From contig OZ038378.1 in the NCBI GenBank assembly GCA_964036045.1, forward strand, positions 84,878,001-84,942,000: DNA of 64,000 bases, read 5' to 3'. Source of the stretch: Eutreptiella sp. 'Long Island Sound 2002' (taxonomy: Eukaryota; Protista; Euglenida). The notes beneath the pieces were generated by a model. The model saw nothing but the letters and a program-made list of their open reading frames with translations. It did no database searches and was not told the DNA's origin. How positions within the stretch are numbered: position 1 is the stretch's first letter; every line of letters begins with the position of its first letter. The position numbers and the translations under genes were made by a program. This document shows positions 1-11,555 of this stretch, piece after piece.

Positions 1-2
1 TG

Positions 3-500
3 CTCCGCACGATGGCCGCGGCTGTACGGACCGAGGCGGACTTGGCCGTGCTCGCCCTCGCCATCCTCAGTGCTTGTCACGGGCCTCGGGTTGGAGAGGC
101 CACAAGCGTCCGCAGGACAGATATTAGCTAGCTAGGGTGGATCAGCTTCTACGTTTGCAAGACCAAGAGGCGGTCGATCCTAGCCAGGCTAGGACCCTGG
201 GCGGAGCGGTGCCGACGGGCCCCGTTGGCGTGCGGGGTCGTACAACGCAAGGCACAGTACCTGCCACTCTTCTCGGAGGCAAAGCTCGAGCGCCCCATGC
301 AGTGCTTACTGTTGGGTACCCCATGGGTTGGAGTCACTTGGCACTGTTGGAGACGGCTCTCAGCGGCAGCCATGGTCGCGGTTGCTGCCCCCTTCTCCGC
401 CGTGTGCATGTGGAATAGACGGACATCGCAACGGCAAGCATGGGAATACACACTACGAGGGCCCGATTGGGAATTTCAGCTCCGAGACCAAGCCCCCTGG
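3..500 (+). pseudogene. Tyrosine recombinase domain with one in-frame stop (TAG 129-131)
   Basis: One frame reads LAILSACHGPRVGEATSVRRTDI (Arg box, R at 87), FYVCKTKRR (Lys), WHCWRR (HxxR, H at 342) and WNRRTSQRQAWEY (Tyr at 447). Confidence 0.78.
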
Positions 501-1337
501 CCACACCTGGTCGCAGGTGTCACCACACTGCCCGTTTCCTCGGTCCAGCTCTGGCCTGCGAACGCCCTCAGGCGGCGCGCAGCCCCCGACGCTTCAAGCT
601 CCCCTATTATCGTAATGGCCGACGGTGATGACCAAGGGGATGACACCAACAATGGGGAATTGGGAACCCCTGGCGCGCATCGTGGAGTGGCCCCGGGAGG
701 ACGGGAACGACGTGCGCGAAATCCGGGCCGCCGACAAGATGCGGCGCAAGCCCTGCGTGGGCGTTCAAGTCCGCCTTCGCAAACACCAAGCCCGCCGGTC
801 CCGCAAAGATGCTTCGTCCGCACGTCGTTCTCGGCAAGAGCGAGCACAACCCTCAAGCGCAAGCCCCCGGCTGCCTTCGCCGCCATCACCGCCGCAGGAG
901 CAGGCTAGGGGCACCTGGTCCCCGCCCCAGAGTGCCTGCCGAAAGTGCGGAAAACCGGTAAGTGTGCACATCTTGGATGTGGCGGTCCTGACGGCACTTG
1001 ATGCGGTCGTAGACCACCGCCGGGCGGACAGCCTGCTGCGCATGTGGTGTGCGGAGTCGCACCGCTGGGCCCTTGATAGACCTAAGGTCATCCCTGATGA
1101 CAAAGCGCTGCTGCACGACACACTCCACCACATCGGGGCGCACGGCCCGCCGGACGAGGCCTCGTCCCCCTCAGCTTGGGGATGGCGACGCGGTCACCAT
1201 TAAGCTCGCCGGCCGAGGTCTGGGCCTGGTAGGCTCGGTATAGGTCCCCTGATGACCTCTGGGCCCAGTGGGAAGATCCCCACTTTCGGTAGGCGGGCGA
1301 GACAGCCCCCGCGGCACCGGAATCGTCTTGCTCTAAG

Positions 1338-2160
1338 GTGGCGGCGTTGCTGCGGTGGTTACATGCTGATGGCCTCTGCAACAAGTCTTCCCCGTCACCG
1401 AATGGCCGAGCCTTTGTTAACACAAAAGCCTGGCAAATTGTGCGCAGATTACAGATATGCAGGCGTTTGATTATGTTCAAAGCCAGGCCGTTCCGACTGC
1501 CCTCACTGGAGGACCTCGCGGGGTTACTGCACTCGGTGCAGCGGGGGGCGTGGGGCGCCAAGATTGATGTCAGCAACTGTTGCTGGAGCGTGCACCTCCC
1601 CCCTGCAATGGCTGGAGCGGTGCGTTTGGCCGCGGCAGGCACAACCTACGCGCCGGTTCGAGTGCCGTCTGGTTGGCACCAGGCACGTGGCCTGCTGCAG
1701 CATTTGATTGCCGCTATGCTCTCTGAGCTGCTTGACACACAAGTGATCATTGTACAATACCTTGACGATATACTTTTCGTGGGACCGGATAGGTCGATTA
1801 CCACCCAAGTGGCGCGTGACACTGCGGCGCATTTGGCCCGCAAGGCCTTCATTGTCAGCCCTAAGTCGGTCCTCGATGCCACGCAGTCCCTCGCGTGGAT
1901 GAGGAAGCAACTCAGTCTCGATAGGCCTCGTGTGGCGCATAAGCCCGAAGGACTGGCTGACACTATGGGCCGGTGGGTTACATTCAGCTTGTCCTACTAC
2001 ACGCGCAAAACCCTGCAGAGGCTGATAGGGCGCAACGGATGGCTGGCACGCCCAGGTCTCTCGGCAGGCTGCTTCCTCGCGGTTGCGCATACGTGGCTTC
2101 GTCTCGGACCGCTTTTGGCCCGTTCTGTACCTTTGCCGTATGTAGGGGACTTTTGGAGGC
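1338..2160 (+). pseudogene. DIRS-type reverse transcriptase
   Basis: Motifs FRLPSLEDL, KIDVSNCCWSVHL, VPSGW (LPFGW-like), VQYLDDILFVG and FIVSPKS within ORF 1338-2429. Confidence 0.85.
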
Positions 2161-2199
2161 GATCATTGGGGCGGGTAGGGGGTGGGAGCCGCAGCCGAC

Positions 2200-2565
2200 C
2201 GAAGGGCCGACGATCCGCGTCTACATTGATGCTGCTGCTTGCCCGGTTGTGTGAGTGGGTTTCTTTCTTGGGGTGTGGAGCTCGGCGGGCCCTACCATCT
2301 GCAGGTACCCACCGTGGGTCAGTAGTCAGCAGTCGGCGGAGTTGTTTGGGGTTGTGTGTGCGCTCGATGTTGCACGGAATTCTGGTTGTAGGCATGCGGA
2401 TCTGGTTATCGACAATGTGGGCGCCATAGCCTAGGCCCTCTGGGGGGCGCGCATCCACATAGCCTATTCTGCGTCGCGTCGCGCACCAGCTGCGGTGGCA
2501 GGGAGCGTCGTTGGGGCTAAGGTTTGTGGAGAGCGCTCGTAACCCTATTGACTGCATCAGCCGCT
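2200..2565 (+). pseudogene. DIRS-type RNase H (stops and frameshift)
   Basis: RVYIDAAA ... SQQSAELFGVVCAL ... LVIDNVGA, then after a frameshift FVESARNPIDCISR (2524-2564). This gives all four acidic-residue motifs in order. Confidence 0.8.
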
Positions 2566-2699
2566 GCGCGGGGCGGGGGGCAGGGGGGGGCGGGATATGT
2601 TTGTGGAGGCAAGGGCGAAGGATCGGGTCTACAACGAGCGCTCGGGTAGGGTGTGGGGAACGGTAGGGGACCGCGATAAGAGGCTGGAGGTGTGGAGCG

Positions 2700-3580
2700 G
2701 TGCCCTCGTCTGTGGGTAGGGCATCCAATGCTATCTCCCATTGTGCAGCCATGTCCTCCGTGCCGCGCCGCTCTGCCTACCGCGCCTTCGACCGTGTCAC
2801 GGAGGACACGGTGCGGGTGGCAGCGGAAGCCGCGCGCCTGCCCACGCAAGTGGCCGAGCTGGCAGTGGCTGCCGCTGATGCTGCCGTGATCGCTGCCGCA
2901 CGCACCGCCCGAATGCAGGCACAATTGCACAATGCAGGCATGATGGGGGAACACGTTCAAGTACAAGTGGTACAGGTCCCCCGCGGCGAGGGAACACAGG
3001 CAACGCACGACCGCCGCGACTGCCGCGAGCTGCAGGAGCCCCAGCCCCCCCCCCCCCCCCGCCGCCGCCGCGGCCGGCGCCACCTGGCCTCCCATGCTAT
3101 CCGAGGACAGCGACGGGGACAGCAGGGTGGCCCCCTGCAAGCGGCCAGCCCCCCGGCCCGCAGCGCCCCCCGGCTAGCAGCGCCCGGTGGCGGTGATACC
3201 GGCCCCCGCCCCGGACAGCACCGCTCCCGGCCCCACGGAGACAGTGGGCGGCTGTGCTACCAACCGATCGTCCGCCGCGTCCGCGGCGGATGACTGGTCG
3301 GCCCTCCATCCGGGCAAGCGGGGGGGGAGAGGGGGGGGCACGTGGGGTGGAGCAATGTAGTGCACTATTGCGTGCACGAGACGCTGCCTGCCCCGCCCCC
3401 CACCGCCGGCTAACCGTGCATGGGTGCTTTGACCTGCGCGACCAGCGCCATTTCTGGCGTTGCCGGTGTTGGTGGGGCAGGTGGATCACGGCGCGGGAGC
3501 CCATTGCTCACCGTGCATGCTGGACTTGTGGCACTTTGGCCACTCTATTCTCGCTGTTTCGTGCCTGTGCGGGAGCCAGC
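2700..3580 (+). pseudogene. Accessory ORF downstream of RNase H, Ala-rich helical region plus degenerate CCHC-knuckle-like motif (gag-like?)
   Basis: ORF 2700-3293 is Ala-rich then Pro/Arg-rich. At ~3517-3560 the sequence reads CWTCG then, in a shifted frame, FGHSILA, resembling CX2CX4HX4C. Confidence 0.35.
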
Positions 3581-4215
3581 TGTTCTCCCCCGCCAGCCGT
3601 TGCGTCCCTGCCATCCCCCCCGTGCGTGTTGATCTTTGGCTTTAACTGTGGGCAACGACCTAGGTGCTGGAGCCCATCTTGCTCTACGAGCATGCTTGCT
3701 CGTCCGTTGTGCCATTGCCGATGTAGGACGGGCCGCTGGGTGAGGGTGTGGGAGCGCGTTGTGCACTTTGTTCGCTGCACCTTTGGGCCGGTGACCACAT
3801 GTGTTTCGCTGTTGCGTGCGGGTGTGGGAGCCCGCTGTCCTCCCTTCCTCTTCTCGGGAGTGCGTCCCTGCCATCCCATGTGTGTGTGTTGGGCCAGGAC
3901 ATGAGCTGTAGCTGCAGTGGTCCTGCCGATGTGCCACGTCCTGGGTGTGGGACCCGGCTCTTCTCTCTGCGCATGCATGCTCGTCCGCAGCTGTGCCTAC
4001 ACTTTGCAGTATCTCTGGTCTCTAGGTGTGGGCGTAAAGACCAGCTGTTCCCCCCTGTATGCAGGGGGGGGGGGGGGGTGGCCGCTTGGCTCACACTCTT
4101 GGGCGCGGGTGTGGGAGCCCGTTGTTCTCCTTCCCCCGCGTCTCTGTTGGGCCAAGATAAGTGGCTACAGTGGTGCTGCCGACGTGCAAAGGCTTGGGTG
4201 TGGGAGCCCGCTCCT
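3490..4215 (+). repeat. Degenerate subterminal repeats marked by the GTGTGGGAGCCCG motif
   Basis: Motif variants at about 3491, 3567, 3747, 3823, 3944, 4109 and 4197. Confidence 0.45.
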
Positions 4216-4574
4216 TTCTACGTCCTCGGGCTGCTATTTGGCGTGCCCCACAGCTTTGCCTGCTCTGGGCGGATGGTGTGAGCTGCCCGCGGGCCCTCCA
4301 GGGCCGCTGGTCCGCGTATGCCTGTGGTCTTGCGTGTGTTTTCTTTTTGTCGATGGTACATATGTAGGCAACGGTCTGTGCTTTTTCTCTCTTGACCCTA
4401 ACCGCGGCGTGGTTTGGCATTGCTAGTGCGTTTACACGCCTCATGGCTTTCGTCTTCGACAACTCGACCGCTGGGTTCAGTTTGCGAAGCAGCCCGCAAG
4501 GGACGGGGGCGCCATTCACCATATATATGCCCCCCCCCCCCCCCTGCAGGCGTGTTGCAGGCATGGTTGTTTTT

Positions 4575-4997
4575 CCCTTGAGTTTGAGGCTGTTATGTGT
4601 GCATTGTGTCTGCTTTGTGACAAGGCGGGACTCAGCACGGCAGCGTGACAGGGCTTCGGTACAAGCGAAACCTAGGTTAGCAATAACCTAGGTTTTGCCT
4701 AAGGGGGGGGGGCAGACCAGGTTTCATGTTGGGGTAGTACCAGCCTGCCTCCCCTCTGCTTGAGTGAAGTGTTTTCTGTTTGCTGGGACCCAATCCCGTT
4801 GGCTCGCTTGGGGAGGTCTATCAAGCGCCAAGTAAAGGCCGGCTGGCCAGGCGCTCCGCTGTCATCATGTTCCCAAGGAACGTGGACTGCAGCACCCTTG
4901 AGTTTCAGGCTGTTATGTGTGCATTGTGTCTGCTTGCTTTGTGACAGGGTGGGAAAGAGCAGGACGGCGTGATAGGCCTTCGGTACAAGCAAAGCCT
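4575..4997 (+). repeat. ~100-bp diverged direct repeat pair (4575-4673 and 4895-4997) separated by ~220 bp
   Basis: Both copies start CCCTTGAGTTT(G/C)AGGCTGTTATGTGTGCATTGTGTCTGCTT and end CTTCGGTACAAGC(G/A)AA(A/G)CCT. Confidence 0.85.
4665..4698. other. Perfect 12-bp inverted repeat (hairpin/cruciform), each arm containing the palindrome AACCTAGGTT
   Basis: AAACCTAGGTTA (4668-4679), GCAA loop, TAACCTAGGTTT (4684-4695); extendable by 3 pairs including one G.T. Confidence 0.85.
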
Positions 4998-5004
4998 ACA
5001 CTAC

Positions 5005-5805
5005 CGGTGGGTGCACCACCTCTCACTCCTCGACAACCTGGCGGTACAACACGCGAAGCGGGCGTCCGACTGTACGAGTGTCCGACCGTTACCGCTATGC
5101 CCACGTCAATGAAACGGCACTACACCACATACGGGAATTACGTACCATGTACTCAAAAGCAGTCACGGCCAAGCGGGATTACCACTTGCTGGTAACGAAG
5201 TTACTGAGGGATCACATAGAAACACAGCGCCACACGAACGTCAATACAACATTGTGCCTGGAGTGAAGACAATGGTAGGAACAAGCAAATCAAATCACCA
5301 TGCAGCAATACACGATCGCAAAAACGTCTTACCTCATGCATGAGAGGTACACACGCCTTTGCACGCACTTAGACCTGCTCCTCACAGACCATGGTAGACA
5401 GGCCGAGTATGCTCATCTTCAAAAGGGGCGTCTTATCCAACTGGACCTTGCCACATATACCGCATGCCGACAACAAAGGGCCCTGTTCTGGAACCCCACT
5501 AGACAGGCACAACGGACCATTATACTTAGCTAGGAAAGGAACACGGGAATAGTGGGAACCCACCTTGTGGGAAGTCCCGCTGCAGCCGCTACTACAACGA
5601 CAAAAAGCGCACTGGGATCCAAACGAGTGGGAAATCCCGCTGACATGACAACACGAACACCCACAGGAAATCATGGGGGGCCGAGCCATGAGCTGCACCC
5701 CTTATGCACACCCCAACACACCCCAAATATGTACTTATGGCTCTCATCTTCGCCCGCAGTGGCACCTGGCACATTTGGAACCGGCCTCTTTGCTCAAAAT
5801 GTTTC
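5005..5805 (+). pseudogene. Copy A of an unknown Trp-rich-tail ORF family (stops/frameshifts) plus its 3' trailer
   Basis: Translates RWVHHL..., YHLLVTKLLRDHIE..., WEPTLWEVPLQPLLQRQKAHWDPNEWEIPLT* (stop 5646-5648). Collinear with the copy at 37892-38990, including the 3' non-coding part. Confidence 0.8.
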
Positions 5806-7444
5806 TTATTTTTGAGTTGCCAAAGGTGAAAAACTGCATAAGCAAGTCGTGTACCAATCCCTGGGGAGCCCCCCCCCCCCTACGCGCACCCAATACCCAA
5901 ATAACGTGAACAGCACATAAATGCTGCTTATAACAGTGGCCGCGACATAAAAGATTACCTTTCAGACGTTCTATTGCCTTCGGCACGTTCAAGACGCATA
6001 GAATCTACCCTTGGCAACACAGACCCAAAATAGGAGAAACACCATATAAATAGGCGCGACAATGTGCTTTTCCTACCTTGGATGGTTGTTTTAGGTGATT
6101 ACAATATCAAAAAAAAAGTGTTATAACCATGAAGTTTGGAGGCGCCCGAGGTGAAAATCTACATCAGCAGGTTGAAAACCTACCCATTCACTCATGTAAG
6201 CCATTGTCCATGGAAAGAATTGTTTCGTGTCTTTCACACGGGTTTGGACCTGGCTGCGGGATGGCTCGAGAGTACAAAATGCGCCTCTTCGTATTTTAGT
6301 AAGCATATTGTGTCACAAAATCCCTGCTTGCAGCCCCAAGAGTGTGCACCACATCGGCACTGAGGTTCCCCAAATTGCCCACATAGCCACAATGGCTGAA
6401 ACATTCATTAACTGCAGCAGGGCTGGTCCTACTCGGCCCCACACAAGCCCCATGGAGTTGGGACACAAAAACACGTTTTTGGTCCCATATGACAAAAAAC
6501 TAACCGGTGCATGCTTTTGGACACACAACATCCAAAGGGTGGGGTCATTTCTTGACAAATATGACCCGATGCCTCTTGATGGCTCAAAACATTGGGATTC
6601 AAGTTGGGGGGGATCTTGGAGTCCGGAGCAAAAGCTCATTAGAGGATATGTTTATTTGGACCAAATAATGAGATTACAAGGAGTTAACAAAGCAATTGAA
6701 CCCCTTGATGTAGGGAACGCAAAAATGTCCGAATAGGCCCAAAAGGGGGGGGGGGGGTATGCGCTGTTTTCCCATGTATGCGGGCACATTTGGCTTTGAG
6801 CTAACAACCTCTGCGTGGTGATTCTATTGCATTTGGAAAGTCAACCTCGCATCTACGCCAAACCACAACCACCCAACATACAGTAAAAACCTCACAAATG
6901 GTGCCTAAAAGATACGTCATGTACCTTGGATGGTCATTTTGGGTGCTCACAATTTCAAAACAATAGGTTTTGGGATCTTTGCTCATTGAGCTACCACAGT
7001 GATGCATCAGCACGTTGTGTACCAAACCCTTGGGAAACTTCCCCGCCCCGAAGGCAATACCCAAATAAGATGACAAACAATAATCGCCATTGCCTGCGGT
7101 CACAATATCCAAAAAAACAAACCTTTAGAAACCGTGATATTCGAGCTGCCCCGGGTGACTACTGGCAAAAGCCGGTTGTGAACCACTCCATTGGGAATAC
7201 CCCCCACCCAGGCAACCGATCCGCAAATACAGTGAAATACACTAATTGTCATTTTGTGCGGTCACAATATCAAAAGAAATAAGTTTTCGAAAATTCCTTT
7301 TTTGAGCAGACCATGGTGCAGGGTGAATACTAGCATTAGCACTTTTTGGACCAACCCTTTGGGAACAGCCCCCTCCCCCTGCATCCGTCCATGGCTGAGC
7401 TGTGGTTCCGGAGGAGGGCAATCCCTCTCTGGAAAGAAGTTCGG

Positions 7445-7876
7445 TCAATAGCCAAAGCCCCGATGGAGAATGGTGCTCATTCAATTGCCAAGGCCCCAGT
7501 GGAGATCGGTGTTCACTCAATTGCCAAGGCCCCAGTGGAGACTGGTTTTCAGTCGGTTGCCAAAGCCCCGATGGAGATTGGTGCTCATTCAATTGCCAAG
7601 GCCCCGGTGGAGAATGGTGCTCAGTCAATTGCCAAGGCCCTGGTGGAGAATGGTGCTCAGTCGGTCGCCAAGGCCCCGGTGGAGATTGGTGCTCAGTCAA
7701 TTGTCAAGGCCATGATGGAGAGTGGTGCTCAGGCAATTGCCACAGCCCCGGTGGAGAATGGTGCTCGCTCGATTGCCAAGGCCCTGGTGGAGAATGGTGT
7801 TCAGTCAATTGTGACCGCCCCGTTGGAGGAACGTGCTCAGTCAATTTCCAAGGCCCCGGTGGAGAACACGGACTTA
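7445..7876 (+). repeat. 36-bp in-frame tandem repeat, 12 units (SIAKAPVENGAQ consensus)
   Basis: Direct reading of ORF 7346-8149; no stop or frameshift across 12 units. Confidence 0.95.
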
Positions 7877-8160
7877 TTGAGCGTTGACCTCTGTCGTGTC
7901 CAGTCTGCCAAGGAAGATAGCAGGCAGATGCTGCGGATGCAGAAAAGGGGCAGCAATTACTTCATCGAGTGGATCCCTGACAACATCCGGAGCACGGAGC
8001 TTGACAAGCACATGTGCAAGTGCAAAGCAGGGGCAACGGTTACTTTGTCGGGTGGATGCCTGACAACACCCAGGGTACGGGGCTCGACAGGCAGGTGTGC
8101 AGGCACAGAACAAGGGCAGCAGCGACTTCGTCAACTGGACCCCCGATGATATTCCGTGGA
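7877..8160 (+). pseudogene. Beta-tubulin-derived fragment present as three tandem 83-bp modules
   Basis: SAKEDSRQMLRMQKRGSNYFIEWIPDNIRS matches recalled beta-tubulin [30 protein letters not shown] at 18/30. Copies VQSRGNGYFVGWMPDNT and AQNKGSSDFVNWTPDDI follow, with Phe codons at 7961, 8044 and 8127. Confidence 0.85.
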
Positions 8161-10159
8161 ACCGGACACCAAGGTGGAGCACGAGTAATTTCAAAAACAC
8201 ATGATCACATGCCAGACAGACCTACTCAACACATTGACACTGTGGGGGTTTGATTTTGCCAGATCTCAGAGGCACTTGATCCAGGGTCTTACGTGTAAGC
8301 CTCATATTTTCAAAAACTAGGCCAATGAGATCTGTGACATCCCACACAGGGGTGTGATAATGGCTGTTGCCTTTATTGAGTAGCACTATATATTACAGGC
8401 AGAGCAGGCTTTTTGTTTTAGACCGGACTACTGCTTGGGATGGTCGTTCACACTGGGGCGAGGCCAGTGGCCTCTCCCCATTAATCAGGTTGTCACCGGC
8501 TGAGGTCATTGAGGACCCGTCCTGCGTTTTGTTTGGTTGCAGGCAACCGAACTTAGTGCTTAAGGGCCCCTCCGGCCCTAACCCCACTACCTGCGGTTTC
8601 TCTAAGTGTTGGCAACGACTAGTCAGCCCTCACTCTTTATGGGTGACGCTGACGTATGGGCACATCTGGCTTCCATGTTGAATTCCTCAAGACCTAAGGA
8701 GTGTCGGGGAGCACTGTAGAGCCTCTGCACCGCTTTTAAGCATCATTGGAGGGTCTCCAGCCGGGGTGACTCGGAATGCATGATTTTTCCTTATATATTG
8801 GCGCAATGATTTTGAAGTTGAGATGTTCATGTTGAGGCTCGCTTGAGGTCGTCGATGTTGTGGTGTTTTGTAAGCTGAGCTGACCTGTGCACAGTGAATC
8901 CGAGACACCAATTGAACCTGATATGGATGTGCTGCAGTGCAGCAGAACAATGCACTGATTGTGGTGATGACCATGCGCCTGTGACACGGGGGCGTATGCA
9001 AGCCCAGTATCCGTTGCATCATGGCCCTGCATCCAATCCCCAATTAAGGGAAACATCACATAAATGCTGCTTCAAAAGGTGGTCGCAACATCAGAAAAAT
9101 AAGTTTCCGAAGTTCTATTGCCTTCGGCACGTTATTTTCACAGAAAATCAACCTTGGGCAACGGACACCCAAAATAGGATGAAAGCTGCATGAATATGCG
9201 GCACAACGTGCTTCACATACCTTGGAGGGTCTTTTTAGGTGATCAGGATATCAAATTGTTTCTTCGAAACTTCAACTTTCAAGCTGCCCACGATGAAAAA
9301 CTGCAGGTGCCACATCCAACGGGTGCTCTACCATCGGCAGAGCAACCTCACAATACATGACGGGCTTAAGACATGGAAGTAGATGCAAACACGAGGCCCA
9401 AAGCGACACAGAATCCTACACACGATGCGCATACAACAACCAAAGCACATACACCCCAGTTGCAGAGACTCCCGGATATATATGCCAGAAGCACACATGG
9501 AATGACTGGTGAGGCCCGCAAGACTATGCCGTTGTATACCAACCCATTCACTCATGTAAGTGATTATTGGTTGAAACAGTCGTGTTGTGTGTTTCAGACG
9601 GGTGTGGACCATCCCTGAGCAACGCTGGAGAGTTGAAAAAAGGGCCCTTTTGTATTTTAGTAGGCATGTCTTGTCACAATGTTCGTGCTTGCACCCCTCG
9701 AAGTGGGAACCCGAGGGGCAGCAAGGTCGCCAACACCCGCTCAATAGCAACGATGGCTAAAACGTGCATTCAGCGCAATAGCGCTCGTGCCACTCCGCTG
9801 CATACATGCCCCATGCAGTTGGGACAGGAAAACTCTTTTTCGGCTCAAAATTGCACAGAAACAAAGGTGCGTGATATTGGACTCAAAAAAATCAAAAACT
9901 GGGGCTCAGTTCTTGACAATTCCGACCACCCGCCCCCTCTTGATACCTCAAAAAGTCGGTTTCAATTGGGCCGGGTCTCAAGTCTCGTACCAAAAGTCAT
10001 TTGGGAATGTGCTTCTTTGTACAAAAAAAAAGATTCTACAAGGGGTTGAACCAACAACTCAACCTCTTGGGTTAGGGTACGCCAATAGGTCTGCAAAGGC
10101 CCAAAATGGGGGGGGTATGTGCCGTCTTTCTCTTGTCTGCGGGCTCCGTTGGCTTTGAT

Positions 10160-11555
10160 GAAAGTCTTTCAAAACTTTTTTTTGATATTGTGACATCACA
10201 AAATGACCATTAAGTGTTTTCCACCTTATTTGGGTATTGAGTGCAGGGGGGGTCCCAAGGGATTGGTACCGCACCTCCGTATGCCCTTTTTGACTGTAGT
10301 AGCTGAAAGTACTCAAACATTCGTAAACTTATTTGTTTAGATACTATGATCAACCAAAGGGACCATCTAAGGTATGCGAAGTATGTTATAGGTGGTTTGT
10401 TTGTGGATTTTACCATACGTTGGGTGTGTGTGGTTCATGCAAATGCAAGGTTGACTTGTTGAAGGCAATAGAATCACCTCACAAACATTGTTGGATGGAA
10501 CCCGAGCGCACTTTGAATTGTTTGTTTCACTTCTTGTATAATGACTACTTTGCCCAAGTAAACACATCACCCCATGAGGTGTTGGTCTGAAACTCAGGGC
10601 GCACCCCTAATTAAAACACACTCTTTGAAGGATCATGGGAGCGGGGGTCACAATTTACAAGAAATGCCCCCCCCCCCTTATTGTTTCATTGAGTCCAACA
10701 TCATGATCTGCGTGCTTTTTTGCAATTTTGAGCGGAAAAGTGTTTCTTTGTCCCAACTCCTTTGGGCTAGTATGAGGCAGAGTGGGACGAGCGCTATTGT
10801 GCTTAATGCATTTTTCAGCCGTTGTTGCTATGTTTACGGGTCTGGGGACCTGTTTGCCCGAGTGGTGCCCAGTCCAAGGGGTGCAAGCAGGGATGTTATG
10901 ACAAGATATGCCTACTAAAACACCAAAGGCCGCCTTTTAAACCTCTCTAGCCTTGTTGAGGGCTTGTCCAAACCCGTTTGAAAAACATAAAACGACTCTT
11001 TCCAACAATAATGGCTTACATGAGTGGGTTGGTTGGTACAGAACCGGCTCATACAGCTTTGCACCCTGGGCAATTCGAAAATTGATGTTATTTGTTTGCT
11101 ATTATGATCACCTTAAATGACCATCCAAGGTATGTAAACCATACTATTACCTGTATTCATGTGCTTTGTACTCTACTTCGGTTGTCTGTTCCTCAAAGTA
11201 GATGCTCTGCTAGGTGCACTTGCCTAAGGCAATAGAATCCCTCAAACTTATTTGTTTGATATTACCTTCGATGGTCATTTTAGGTGCCCAGAATATCAAA
11301 AAAATACGTGTAGAAATCTTTGAATGTTGAGTTACCACGATGAAAAAACGCAATACACGGCCTTACCAATCCCTTGATAGCCCACCTCCCCCCCTGCACC
11401 AAATACTTAAATAAGGTGAATGACATATAAATGCATGTGAAGTATGTTTTGGGTAGTTATTGTGTGGCTTTTACCGTGTTTTGGGTGTGTGTGGTTCGAG
11501 TCGATGTGAGGTTCATTTGCAGAGGGTAATAGAATCACCACGCACAACTCGTTAG
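10160..11555 (-). repeat. Inverted segment of macrosatellite unit (copy 1)
   Basis: Reverse complement of 18428-19836; both breakpoints abut an AT dinucleotide (10158-59, 11556-57). Confidence 0.85.

Larger units (their letters stand above)
1..4997 (+). mobile_element. Decayed tyrosine-recombinase (DIRS-order) retrotransposon, YR-RT-RNase H order (VIPER/TATE-like); 5' end lies outside the window
   Basis: YR, RT and DIRS-type RNase H motifs occur collinearly on + with stops and frameshifts. The right boundary is inferred from the split direct repeats at 4575-4997. Confidence 0.7.
7387..9024 (+). mobile_element. 1.64-kb insertion into the macrosatellite, flanked by a 10-bp direct repeat
   Basis: CCCTGCATCC at 7377-7386 and 9025-9034. 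The uninterrupted host site (CCCCTGCATCCAATGCCCAATTAAGG) is seen at ~13118 and ~17291. Confidence 0.75.
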
